Source: a virus (taxonomy: Duplodnaviria; Caudoviricetes). Taken from it: a stretch of 27,685 nucleotides of DNA. Location of the stretch: IMG/VR virus record IMGVR_UViG_3300017754_001066, positions 1-27,685 of that record. The stretch is one strand, 5' to 3'. Shown piece after piece: positions 1 to 12,800 of the stretch. The translations under genes were made by a program, and so were the position numbers. Position 1 is the stretch's first letter. Every line of letters begins with the position of its first letter. The notes below the pieces were generated by a model. It had not been told where the DNA came from and searched no databases. It saw only the letters and a list, made by a program, of their open reading frames with translations.

Positions 1-1
1 A

Positions 2-1330
2 ATGGGTGCTGCACAAGAAGATATCCAACAAGGCATGATGGCTATGGGTGGTATGATTAAAAGAGCTGATGGTTCTTATAGTCAAAGAGGACTATGGGAT
101 AACATCAGAGCTAACAGAGGTTCAGGTAAAAGACCAACTAAAGAAATGCTAAAGCAAGAAAAGAAAATTAGAGCAGCAGAAAAAGCTTATGGTGGTTTAA
201 TACAATATGATAATGGTACTCCTGAAGATGGAATTCCTAATACTAACTTTTTAAATTTTCCTGAATTAGGACTTAATCCTAGATATAAAATTCCTTATGG
301 AGAATCTTTAGTTACTCCTTATATTCAAGATTATGCTGATATAATTCCTACTGAAACTATAGATGGAGTTGAATATAAACTTATGGAAGATGTAGAATAT
401 GATGAACAAGGAAATCCAATGAGGGTTATTTATAATGATATTAATGCTCCATCATCTAATAACTTACAAAAAATTGCCTCTACAAAAATTGAAAAAACTT
501 CTCAAAAAACAAATAAACCAGGATTTGATTTCTCAGGTATTTTTGGTAACTTTGGCAGAGGTAATACAAATGATTCTGATGTAAGATATACTGAAGGTGA
601 TAGAATGGGTATGATGGGTAACTTAATGGGTATGTATGGACCTGCTGCTATGACAATGCTAAATAGATTAGAAACTCCTAAGAATAAAAACTTCTTTAGT
701 GAATTTGGACAAGAAGCATTAAGAACTCAAATGGAAGCTGAAGGTATTGCAGGTATGGCTAAAGATGAAGCTTATAGAAAAAATCTTATGAAGGCAAATG
801 CTTTAAGAAAACAATTAGCTAATGCTGCTAGAGGAGTAGGTGATATTAGAACTCAACAATTAACTGCTGCATTAGCTGAACAAGAAGGAGCTAGAGATAT
901 TTTAGGTAGTTACTTACAAGGTATGTCAGGATTAAAAGGTCAAAGAGCTCAACTACAACAACAAATAGATCAAACTAGAATGGGTGGTGAATACCAAAGA
1001 GATTTAGCTGATAGACAAGATATAGATCAATTCTACACTAATCTTGCTGAAAACTTAGCTACTGCTTCTGAGTTTACTCAAAAACAAGGTAAAGATATGA
1101 ATACTGCATTGCGTAATAAACATATCTTACAAGCATCTAAATACTATTCAGCTTATGGTATATATGCAGACATTGATGAAAAAGGTAATTTTGTTCTTAA
1201 AGATGAAAGTACTGATAAAATAATAACTGAAAAAGAAGCTAAAGAAAAGAAAAAGAAAATGGATGCAGAAGCTAAAAAAGCAGCAAGTACAACTACATCT
1301 ACTACAACAACTACTCCTGAAGGTAAATAA
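2..1330 (+). CDS. Putative virion cargo/ejection protein (probably 5'-truncated by the window edge)
   Basis: 442-aa ORF starting at the window edge. It has A-x-G-G motifs (MAMGG, KAYGG), a Gln/Ala/Met-rich helical C-terminal half and no Cys seen. It lies upstream of the vRNAP gene, where crAss-like phages encode capsid-packaged proteins. Function is inferred from context. Confidence 0.6.
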   Translation: MGAAQEDIQQGMMAMGGMIKRADGSYSQRGLWDNIRANRGSGKRPTKEMLKQEKKIRAAEKAYGGLIQYDNGTPEDGIPNTNFLNFPELGLNPRYKIPYGESLVTPYIQDYADIIPTETIDGVEYKLMEDVEYDEQGNPMRVIYNDINAPSSNNLQKIASTKIEKTSQKTNKPGFDFSGIFGNFGRGNTNDSDVRYTEGDRMGMMGNLMGMYGPAAMTMLNRLETPKNKNFFSEFGQEALRTQMEAEGIAGMAKDEAYRKNLMKANALRKQLANAARGVGDIRTQQLTAALAEQEGARDILGSYLQGMSGLKGQRAQLQQQIDQTRMGGEYQRDLADRQDIDQFYTNLAENLATASEFTQKQGKDMNTALRNKHILQASKYYSAYGIYADIDEKGNFVLKDESTDKIITEKEAKEKKKKMDAEAKKAASTTTSTTTTTPEGK

Positions 1331-1355
1331 GTTAAACTAATTGAATCTAATAATA

Positions 1356-3866
1356 ATGGGAAGATTTTATAAAACAGCTAAACCTAATATGATTGATTTC
1401 ATGTACCAAGTACCTGAACAAGCTATATTAGGTGCTATTAAAGGTGCTGATGCTCAACTTGAAAGACAAGAACAATATCTTACTGATTTTCAAAAGCAAC
1501 TTAAACATCAAGCTTTATCTCCTGACAAAGCAGAGCAAACGCAAATGCTTAAAGAATATGAAGATCAGATTAAACAGCATGCATTAAAAATAAGTAGTAG
1601 TCCTTTAGAAGCATTAAAGCAAAAGCAAGGTATTAGAGAATTAGGAAATAAAATATATGAAGATGTAACTAGAGGAAAACTTTTTGCACAGTACTCTAAC
1701 TATGCAGCTAGAGCAGACTTTGAAAAAAGATATAAAGAAGAAGCAATGAAAAGAGATGGTAGGGTAACTACCAAACAAGTTGAAGATGCATTAGCTGCAT
1801 GGGATGCAGCATATGCTGCAGGAAAAACAGATCCTACTACTGGACAAGTTACACCTGGTGGTTTAAATTATGATCCTGCTACTGGTAATTATAGAAAATA
1901 TGGTACTCAAGAATTAGCAACATTTATGAATGCATTTACTTTAGGAGAAGATGCTGCTAAAGGTTGGAAAGAACATGCTGTAAAAACTCATAATGTATTT
2001 GAAGAAGGTGGTAGATGGATGGTAAAAACTATTGATGGAAAAAGAGAAGCTAACTTTAATGATATTTTTCAAGGTACATTTAAAGAATTAACTGCAGATC
2101 AAAAATTAAAAGATTATAATAATGAACAAATATTATTTAATCAAATGACAGGAGGTGATTCTAGAGTAGGATTAACAATGGAAGATGTATATGGTAAAAG
2201 AAAAGTTAATGAGGATGGAACATCAGAATTAGAGTATAGAACTTATGTTGATGACCAAGGAAAAACTCAATATGAAATAGATAGATATGGAAATAAAATT
2301 CCAGTAAAAGGTGGTATCTTATGGGATGCTGCTTATAAGGCTGCTGAGAAACATGGCTTTATAGATACTGAAAAAGGTATTGTTGAAAAAAGAGAAACTG
2401 AAGCAGAAAAAGCTAGAATTGATGAGCAGAAAACTAAGAATATAGAAACTTGGAAAACAACAAAGTCATTTGATTATCAAAGTGCTGAAATAACTAAAAA
2501 TATAGTTAATGGTGAAACAGTTGAACAAGTTGAAACAAATCTTAATAATGCTAAAACAGCTATCAATAATACATTATTTACAAGTAAAGATAATTATCTT
2601 AATGTAATTGATAATTCTAATTTACCTGCTAAAGCTAAAGATGCTGTAGCTAAAGAAATTCAAACAAGAATGATGGCTATTGCAGCAGCAAAACATGATC
2701 CTGAAAAAGTTACTGCACAGTTTAATGCATTAAATTCTTATATTGCAAGTATAAATAAAACATATGGAGATTTTGTAGGATTAAAAACTATTGCTAATGG
2801 TGTAGAATCATTAAAGCAAACTTATGTTTCAGAAAACAATAGAATCCATAATGAAACACAAGCTCTTGGTGATATATATAATACAGCATTAAAAGAATCA
2901 GGTACAACATATGCTATTGATATATATGCAAAACAAAAAGAAATTGATAAGCTTAATAAAGAAATTGCTGCAATGCCTCCTCCATCAAAATTTGATACTG
3001 AAGAAACTAGAAAAACAAGTGAAGAATTCTATGCAAAAAAACAACAAGTAAATAAATTAATAAATGAACGTAATGCTCTTCAAACTTTAGCAAAACAAGT
3101 TGTTAATGAAAGAATGAGAAGTACTAATGCTGATGGTAGTGTAAATACAAGAAGTTTAAATCGTAATACTAATAATATATACTCTACTACAGGTCAATAT
3201 TTAAAGAAAGTTCCTAATATGCCAGAAGGTGTAGTTGAAAATATTACATTTGCTTTATCAAAAATTGATAAAGTTAAAGATTTAATACCATTCTTATTAT
3301 CAGGTAGTAATGCAAAAGTAGTTATAGATGGTAAGTCAGCACCTATAACCCTTAATGAAGCAATGGAAGAAGGATATTTTGATAAACTTGTAGATGATGG
3401 AGATGGTACTATTACATTTATAAAAGATAATAAAGAAATTGGATCTTATAATTTAGGGTCAGTTGGAATTACATTATTTGGTAGTGAAGATATTGGTCTT
3501 CCTAAAAATGCATATTCAGTACCTGCAAATGTTGTAAATAAAACTAAACAAGGATTTAATACTGTTGAGTTTTATTTTGATCCAAGACAAGTGGTAAACA
3601 ATGATGTTAATACTGCTTTATCAATAGCAGAACCTTATCTTATAGCTGAAGAAATTACTAGAACTGGAAAAAGTTTAGGTAAAAATGGTAATGAGGATTA
3701 TAATTATGTTGAAACTTATAATGATGTAACAGTTAAATATTATCCTAATCAATTTAAAGCAGCAGGAGGATTATATGAAGTAAGAGATAAAAAGACTGGT
3801 GAAGTTAAAAGAATAACTGGTGCTCAAGGAGGTCAATTATATATTGCAGATCAATTTAAAAAATAA
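1356..3866 (+). CDS. Putative virion ejection/cargo protein (coiled-coil rich)
   Basis: The ORF track starts at TTG 1341, but ATG 1356 (MGRFYKTAKP...) with A at -3 is the more plausible start. The protein is helical with no Cys seen. It ends 15 nt before the giant RNAP gene and shares its codon bias. Confidence 0.65.
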   Translation: MGRFYKTAKPNMIDFMYQVPEQAILGAIKGADAQLERQEQYLTDFQKQLKHQALSPDKAEQTQMLKEYEDQIKQHALKISSSPLEALKQKQGIRELGNKIYEDVTRGKLFAQYSNYAARADFEKRYKEEAMKRDGRVTTKQVEDALAAWDAAYAAGKTDPTTGQVTPGGLNYDPATGNYRKYGTQELATFMNAFTLGEDAAKGWKEHAVKTHNVFEEGGRWMVKTIDGKREANFNDIFQGTFKELTADQKLKDYNNEQILFNQMTGGDSRVGLTMEDVYGKRKVNEDGTSELEYRTYVDDQGKTQYEIDRYGNKIPVKGGILWDAAYKAAEKHGFIDTEKGIVEKRETEAEKARIDEQKTKNIETWKTTKSFDYQSAEITKNIVNGETVEQVETNLNNAKTAINNTLFTSKDNYLNVIDNSNLPAKAKDAVAKEIQTRMMAIAAAKHDPEKVTAQFNALNSYIASINKTYGDFVGLKTIANGVESLKQTYVSENNRIHNETQALGDIYNTALKESGTTYAIDIYAKQKEIDKLNKEIAAMPPPSKFDTEETRKTSEEFYAKKQQVNKLINERNALQTLAKQVVNERMRSTNADGSVNTRSLNRNTNNIYSTTGQYLKKVPNMPEGVVENITFALSKIDKVKDLIPFLLSGSNAKVVIDGKSAPITLNEAMEEGYFDKLVDDGDGTITFIKDNKEIGSYNLGSVGITLFGSEDIGLPKNAYSVPANVVNKTKQGFNTVEFYFDPRQVVNNDVNTALSIAEPYLIAEEITRTGKSLGKNGNEDYNYVETYNDVTVKYYPNQFKAAGGLYEVRDKKTGEVKRITGAQGGQLYIADQFKK

Positions 3867-3881
3867 TTACAAAATATAAAC

Positions 3882-6800
3882 ATGGATCAAAATACTAATC
3901 CTCAAGATAATAGTAATATAATAGCTACACAAAATACTGAACCTGTAGATCAATCATTATCTATAGATGAGTTTGTAAAACAATATGAGGCTGGTACATT
4001 ACCATCATTAAATGTAAATATGCCTGAGCATATGATGACTGGAGGACCACTTAGTTTTTCAGATCAAACATCAGCATATTATAATGAGTTAAGAGCAAAT
4101 CTTCAAAAGGATATTGTAAAAGAAGATTATGATAATGCTTTTGAAGCAACATATAAAATAATAGGTGCTACATTAGGTAACTTTGCTGCAGCATTAGAGG
4201 ATACTATTGGAGCATTTGATATTGGAGATTGGAGAGTACCTGAAATGTTAGGTGTAGGAACTGTATTAAATGAAGGATTTAAGTTTTGGGATAATTATAT
4301 TTGGGGAGATGGAGAAGATGAAACAGGTAACTACTTCACAAGAAGAGCTGAGCATGTTAGAGAAATGAACCAAAAATTAATGACTGTTAATACAGGTACT
4401 GGTTGGTTAGATGGATTAGATTATGTTTTAAATTTAATACCTAGTTTTGGTTCTGTAGCTGGTTATGCTGCAACAGGATTTGCTGGAGCTAGAGTAGGTG
4501 CAGCTGCAGGTTTAGGTAAAATAACTAACTCTGTTGTTAATGCTTGGTTATCAACTGAAGCTACAGGATTAGGTATTGCTGAAGGTAACTATGATAAAAT
4601 ATATGATGAGGTTGCAGGAAGATTAGATCCTGACTTTAGAAGAAGAGTTGATAGTGCTTATAATGAAGCTTATCAAGAAGCAGTAGCATCAGGTGCTAAT
4701 GCATTTAATGCAGAATGGCAAGCTAAAGAAGCAGTAAGAGCATTTAAGAAAATTTATGATCAAGAAAACCCTAAGAACTCTAAAATAGCTAGAGAGTCAG
4801 CAGCTAAGGGTGCAGATGCTTCTCTTCAAGCTGAAGCTCCTGCATTTCTTTTAAATATACTTACTGCAGGATATTTTACAAGAGGTTTATATAAGCCTAA
4901 TACTATATTATCTAAACCATCAAGAATAAGTGCAAAAACAGTATTTGCTGAAGGTGGTCAGGAATTTGTAGAAGAAGGTCTTATTGAAAGAAGAGCTGAA
5001 GACTTAGGTTATAATGTTGGTGTAAAAGGAGAATATACTAATACAGATTTATGGAATACTATAGTTAACACTCAAACTTTAGAAGCTGGGTTGATAGGAT
5101 TTGTATTAGGAGGAGGAATGGGTGGCTTTGCAGATTTGGGTACTTTTAAAGATAGAAAAGAAAAATATGAAACTCAACAAGAGAGAATAGAAATTGAAAA
5201 TAGAATAGGTAATGCTATAGGTAAACCTGACTTAATCAATGACTTAACTAATCTTCAGAGAAACTTTTTTCAGATTCAAGAAATGGGTAATACTGTAGGT
5301 AAGTTAAGAAAAGAAGGTAAAATAGAAGAAGCTGAAGCATTAAACTCTAGAATGCTTGGTGTACAAGCAGTTGAAGCATTTAAAGCAGGTACTACTAAAA
5401 ACCTTATTGAAAATTATCAGAAGATTGCTAATGATCCTACAGCTAAACCTGAAGTAACTGTTAGAGCTAGACAAGCAGTTAATGAGATTTTAGAGATGGA
5501 AAAGATGTGGAATAACACAGTAGGTAAATATGCTAATGACTCTGATGTATTCCTAAATAGAATAAATAAAATTGAATTAGGTAAAGCAGAAAGAGAACTT
5601 AAAACTAAAATTGCAGAACAAAGAATATTAGCTGATGAAGCTGTTCAATCTGCATTACAAAAAGGTGAAACATCTTTAACTGCTGATATTGTAGAAACAA
5701 CTATTGATGAATACAATCAAGTAGTTGCTGATTCTAAAGTAACTGGTCAAAAACAATTAGGTTATGATTTAGATAATCTTTCAGAAAATAATTATACTGA
5801 TGAAAATGAGAGAAAGGTATATGATAACTTTAGAACTCATGCTACTAATAATATAGAATCAGTAAGACAATTAGTTCAGTTACAAGAAAGATTAAAGCAA
5901 GTTCAAGAAAATAAAAATGATAATGAAAGTACTTATAATAAAATAACTTCTAAAGAATATCAGAAATCAGTAAAAGCTGAAAGAAGACTTTATGAAACAT
6001 TTAAAGCAGGAGAAGCTGAATTACAAACTAAAGAAGGTACTGATGAATACATGATGATTATAAATCAAATCATGAAGAAGTATGAAAAAACAATTACCCC
6101 TGAAAGATTTGAAAAAATTAAAAAACAATTAGAATTAAAAAATGAAGTTGTTAAAACAGCAAGAAAAGTAAGTCAACAAAATAAAATAGTTGAAACTTTT
6201 TCAAGTGATGAAAATGAAGACTTTATTCCTAACCTTGATACTAATAATGGAGTAAGACCTGATGGTAGTGAACCTAAAGTAAAAAATAGTCAAATGTTAA
6301 ATGTTGTTGCTAGTAAATTAGCAACAGGTAGAAAAAATGAATTGACTAGTGAAGAGAGTGATTTCTTACTTACTTATGGTGAACAAGTAGATAAAAGAGT
6401 TAGAGAGTTGCAACAAGACCCTGACTCTATTGAAGTACAACCTAATGTAAATGATGAAATAGATGAAGACTCTAAAAACTTATTAAGTCAATTAGAAAAT
6501 GCTGTAGATGATTCTGACTTAATGAGTAACCCTACTCCACAATCTTTACCTTCTAATAAAGCTAATGAATTAGTTGAAACTAAAACTACTAATGTAACTG
6601 CTGAAGAACAAGCTGCATTAGATCAATTTAAAGATGGTAAAATAACTAAAGCTTTATTACATAGAGCTATTGGAGCTAACTATAAGTCAGTAGTAGAATC
6701 ATTAAAAAATAAAGGATTAATAACTGAAGAAGGTAATGAGTATAAAAGAAATACAGAACCTGAATCTGGATTAAGTTCTGAGCAACAAACAGTTAATAAT

Positions 6801-9800
6801 CTTTTAAATAGTGGTGAGTTTACTCCTACTGAAAATGGGTTAGTATTACAAATTAAAGAACCTAAAGATGATGATAAAAAAGAAGCATTAGAAAATGCTA
6901 TAAAATTACTTAAAGAACAAATTAAAAATAATCAGTTACCAGGTTATGAGGTTAAAGTTGTAAAAGATCCTTTTAACAAAACTACTGTTTATCAAATATA
7001 TAAACCTTTAACTAATTCTATAACAGATACTGAAAATCAAGTATCTAAGCAACCTAATCTTTATGATGAAGGAAGTGTTAGTGATGAAAAGAAAGAAGAA
7101 ATAAAAGATATAGTAAATGCTTATGTAGCTAACATGGAAAGTTTTAATGATGTGTTTCCTACATTTGAAGAATTTATAAGACACATTGTTAAAACTGCAG
7201 GTAGAACTAAAGCAGATAAATATTTCCATGTATTACATAGTGGATGGAAAATGAATGGTTATCCTGAAGTAAAAGATCCTATAGTAATATGGGAAAAAGT
7301 ATTTCAAGATTCTACAACATTAAATGCTAGACTTACTGAAGTAGGTGATGAAGTAAGTGTTGAAAATAGAAGTCCAAGAACAGTTAGTCAAGAAACTAAT
7401 AAAGAATTAGAGTCTGATGAATCAACTAGTAATAAAGCTCCTATACATCAAGACCCTGAAACTAAAGAAAGAAAATATGGTTCTAACTCTTATACTACTG
7501 AAGACACTAGACCTAAAATGGCATTTACTGTTTTAGAGTCTAAAAGAACTTATGATGAAACTGAAGAAGATGGTCAAGCAGTAGTTACTACTACCTTTAG
7601 TAATAAAGGACAAACAATAAGAGAACAAGGTACAATTAACTCTTTACCTCTATTGAACTTCTTAGAAGTAAAAGCAGGTACTGAGTTTGAAGTGTTTATA
7701 CCTGAAGGTAATCTTTTAATGGAAATGATTATTCCTGTTAGAGAAGAAAGTGGTCCTTTAAAAGATGCAATCAAAGTTGATGATCAAGGAAACAAGTTGA
7801 CTACAACTTTTGGTGAATGGTTAAATTCAAAACTTGCAACTAATCCTGACTTTAAAAATACTCAAGAGTATTTAGATAGACTACCTATGCTTTATAAAAA
7901 TAAAGATGGAGTATATGTTGCTGCAGTTCATGAAACACTTTGGTATAATAAAACTGTATTTAGAGGTGACCTTAATGAAGCAAGAGCTAATAACAGAGCT
8001 ATTAGACAAGCTGCACTTAATGCTAAAAATAGTGGTAAGAAGTTTTCAGTTAAAGTAAGTGAAGTAAGAGGTGGATCAGTTATGAAACTTGAGTCACCTA
8101 AAAGATTAAAAGATGTTAATCCTCAAGCTAAGGTAGGATTACTTATTAAAGATAAATTAGGAAAGCATAAGTTTTATGTAAACAATAAATTGTTTACAGG
8201 TAACATTATTAATCTTGATAATGTAGTAGGTTCAACAAAAGCTACTAATAATATACCTGTTGATGTTAGAGTATGGGGAATAGATGCAGAAGGTAATCCA
8301 ATTTACAAAGCATACTTATCAACTAAGATGCCTTTAAATCAAGCACAACAAAATACAGTATTTAATACTTTGTTTGCTTTCCTTACTATTAATAGTAATT
8401 TATCTACTGAACAAAAATCTCAAGCTAGAAACTTACAAAGAAATGTATTTAGCATTACTGGGTTAGATATAACTTCTTTTAATGATTTAAGTTCTTTTAT
8501 AAAGCAGTTTGTTCAAACTTCTAACTATGCAATATCTGAAAAAGATAAAGTAACTAAGTTGTTAGCAGACCCTACTCCTGAAAATCTTTCTGCAGTAGGT
8601 AAAATGTATGCTAAGTTAATTAACAACATTAAAGGTAAGTCTGCACCTAATTTACCTTATCTTATGATAGAAGGTAATAATATTATATTTGGTAATGTAG
8701 GAGATGCTGAAGCAGTTGTACTTACTCCAAATGAAATGAATACTGATACTGGTAAAGCTAAGTTAGCTAAACTTAAAGATAACTTAGTTAATCAAGAATT
8801 AAATATTGGTATTAAATATAATGGCCCAACAGTTCATGTAGATAATAATCTTGGTGTTGAGCAAATGTCTGAGAACTATGCTCAATATCTAAAAGATAAT
8901 CTTTATACTTTTGTAAACTCTGTTAATGTAGGTACTGAACAAAAACCTGTTTATGCTACTAACCTACAACCTATTATTCATATTGAACCTGCAGGAGTAG
9001 TAAGTAGAAAAGAAGGACAAGTTACAGTAAGTAATAAAGAAGTTACTCCTAAACAAGAACAAAAAAATACAGCAGTATTAGAATCAGCTACACAAGAAGA
9101 TTTAAAAGAAGCTGTTATACAAGCTGAAGAAGAAGGATGGAAATTTCAAGGGGAAACAGTAGAGGAAAAAGCTAAAGACTTAGAAAATGTTATAGCTGAA
9201 AATAATTCAGAGTCTACTGAGTTAGTAGATAAATACTTAGATTCTAAAGAAACAAGTATTGAAGATGTTAATGAGTTTAATAAACTTATTAGTCAAGCAG
9301 AGAGTCAAGTAAAATGGGTTAATGAATATTTCAACAATGATGGTTCTGTAAATCAAAGTTATCAACCTGCTGAACTTACAGATAGTGAGGTTGAAGCAAT
9401 GGATAAAGATGTAATGAGAATTAAAGGATTGATGCCTAACCATCAATTTGATTTAGCTCAGTTTCTTACTATCAATATTGCTAATGCTATAAAGGAAGAT
9501 CAAAAAATTGATCTTGATAAATTAAGAGCAGAATCTAAAAAACAATTAGTTGAATTACTTAAAGGCAATAAAGAGTTACTACAAGAAACTCTTGCTAAAC
9601 TAAAGGCTACACCTAATGCTGATGGTATTGCTAAAATAGTAAACCTTATAAATAAATATGAGTATGCTTTATCTAAAATAGATTTAGTATTAGATAATTC
9701 TAATATTCTTTTTGATCAAGCAGTAGCTTTTATATTAAAAGATTCAGGTGCTAAACTTGTAGAAGATAAAGTAGAAACAAAGGATAAAGATGAAAGAGTA

Positions 9801-12800
9801 GTAAATGATCAAGATGACCAAGATACTACTGACTCTGATGAAGGATTTTCTTATGAAACAGATAATACTATAGGTAGTGAAAACTATTCTAAAACATCAT
9901 TAGAAGAAAATCATAAGTCAAGTGTATCTTTTAATCTTAGAAGATTCATGAGAGGTTTTAGAGAAGTCAATCCTAAGACTAAAGCATTTGAAGTAGGTGC
10001 AATGGGAGTTCCATTATATGTAGACTTTGATTCTGTATTTGATGTTCTGCAATCTATTCTTGCTGATGCTCCTGTAGATTTTGATACAATGATTGATATC
10101 TTAGAACAAAATAAAGATAAACAACCTTGGATTCCACAAGTCATTGAGAAGTTAAAACAAAGTGATAATGAACTTAAAAATCAGTTTGTTACCACAATGG
10201 GTAAGCATGCTTTGAATATGGAATTCTTAATGTATTCTTTTGACAAAGATGGTAAAGTTACAATGAGTGTAACAAATACCAACTCAGGTTCTATCAGTAA
10301 TAAGATAAAAAATCAATGGTTAAATAACTTAGTAAATAGTCAGTTAATTACAGAAGATAAAGAAGTTAATCGCAATATTGCAGAACAGTTATATGAAGTA
10401 TATAATGGTTGGACTCAAAGATTAGATGAAGTTAAAACTGAATTTAAAAATCTTATTTTAGGTCCAACTATTAGAAATGAAATTGCTAAAGGAGATAGAT
10501 CAGTTCTTCTTCAAGGAGGTGAACTTACATTGAGTAAGAAGAGTCACCCTAATGTAGTAACTGATAATGTATTAAATAATCTTAACAAAGATAAAAAGAT
10601 TACTATTAATAATGCTGAGTATAGACTTACAAGAAATGGTGATTCTATAATTGTAACACCATATAAGAAGTCAGTAGTATCAAGTGTTATAGATGGTAAG
10701 TTTAGATTTTTATCTGAAGAAGACCAACAATTAGCTATAGATTCAGTACAAGAATGGTTAGCTAACTTTGGTATTGAAATGTCAGATAATGCTCTTAAGT
10801 TTATTTTTGAAAATGGAATAATGCACAAAGGTGCACTAGTTAATACTAATGAGTTTTTTGCTGAATCAGAAACTAGTGGTGGAGTTATAGGATTATTAGG
10901 TAACTGGTTAAATAGAGTAAGGTCTACAGATTCTGATACCCCTATTAGTATTTTAGATGATAGAAATAATCCTTTAAATCAATCTGCTATTCTTAAAACA
11001 TTAGCATTTCATCAAGGTAAATATTCTTCTAATGTTGTAACCAATGCATTTAGAGATGGTAAAAAATCTATCTATGGTTTTACTGCATTTAAATATATTA
11101 CAGATAGAGCTAATGAATTAAAAAATAATAAACAATTTAGAGATAACCTTAGAGAGCTTTCTTTTAATGGTAATTCACTTTGGCTTAGTTTCTTTAATGA
11201 CTTTGATCAAGTAGATAGAATAAACTTCCAAGATATATTTAATGTCAGTCACTTAGGTTTAACTGCTATTAAAGAATTAGGTAAGAAAGTTTATAAAGAT
11301 AATTCTATTACAGCTATATCTGATATTGATCATGAGTATCTTAAAATAGGATTATTTGAAGATAGTAAACAAGGTAAGATTGGAGAAACTTATGGTAGTA
11401 GTAAGATAGGATTAAGAACTGCAAGATTCTTATTTCCAACAATGTCAGATAAATCTACAATGACTGTTGTTAAAACTCTTGCTTTAGAACTTGCTGATAA
11501 AAAACATTATGAATATAATGAAAAAGGTGAGCTTCTTCCTAAAAGAGATATCCTTGAAATACTATTTGATCAGTTAGTGTTACCTGAAATAAAAAGGATT
11601 AATAAGGTATCTAACATGAAAAATGGTACTGATATTAAGAGTTATGATAAAGGAGCTAAGATGTTTTTATTCTTACCTAAACTTAATGAACTTAAAATAT
11701 CTGTACAAGGTGATGAGATTAATTTAGTAGATATTCTTACTACTCCTGGAACTGACTTTAATAAAGTATTAATAGAAGAAAATAAAGAAAAGATATTAGC
11801 AGAAGTACAAAACTATGTTACTGCATTAGTAAATGAAAAATTAAATGTGTGGCAGAAGAATGGATATGTATCTAAAAATGCAAATGATGAATTTACTAAT
11901 AACTTATTAGATGAAAAATACTTTAATGATATTAATGATTCTTCAGTAACTGATAAAAAAACAAATATTAGTGATACTGAAAAAGTAAAACTAGCTGCAT
12001 TTGATTTTGAAATTAATCAGATGCTTGCTAATGTAAATGCTTTCATGACAATTATTGGTGACCCTGCATTATATTATAAGGTTAGTAATGAAGGTAGTAA
12101 GTCTTATACACAGAAATCAAAAGAAACTTTTGACAATGTAGGTAAGAGATTAGCTGCTATGATTGCTCCAGGATCTAAGTTAGCAGATTCTGAAAATGAA
12201 CAATACACTCAAATCTTTTTAGATGATAGAAATTCTATTTCTGAAAACATTGATTTTATTACTGAGGTATTAGACAACAAAACTTTTGACAGACAAAGAT
12301 ATAATGAGATATTAAGTAAAGAACCTAACACTAATGACCCTGTAAAATTAGAAGAGTTTAAAAGACTTCAAGAAGCTGAGATGAAAGTATTCTTAGCTGA
12401 TTATCCTAATAGTAAAGGTTACTTTAAAATACAATCTACTGATGCTCAAGAATATACTACATGGCAAGAGCACATGCATATCCTTGAAAAGCTTGGTAGA
12501 TTAAATGATTCTACAGTTGATATTACTCCTGAAGAAATAAGAGAAGCTAAACAAATGTTTGCTAATGGTCTTGAAATAGAAAAGATGTCAGATAAGCAAA
12601 AAGGTATTCTTAAAAAAGTTCTTCAACCTATTAAACCAGTTTATACAGGTCAGATATTTGACAAAGAGCAAGATGTAATGAGAATGGTTTATATTAAAAC
12701 TTCTTCATTCCCTCTTATCCCTCAAGTAACTAAAGGATTACAACTTGAGAATCTTAGAAACTTAATGGAAGCTGTACAAACTAAACAAGGTAATTTTGTT

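Noticed and set aside
1285-1316. ACA/ACT triplet run (STTTSTTTTT), with a similar run near 17325-17350
   Set aside because: These are low-complexity Thr-rich coding linkers, not a tandem-repeat array or CRISPR.
1341-1355. TTG start for the second ORF given by the ORF track
   Set aside because: ATG at 1356 has an A-rich leader with A at -3, like the other genes, and is more plausible.
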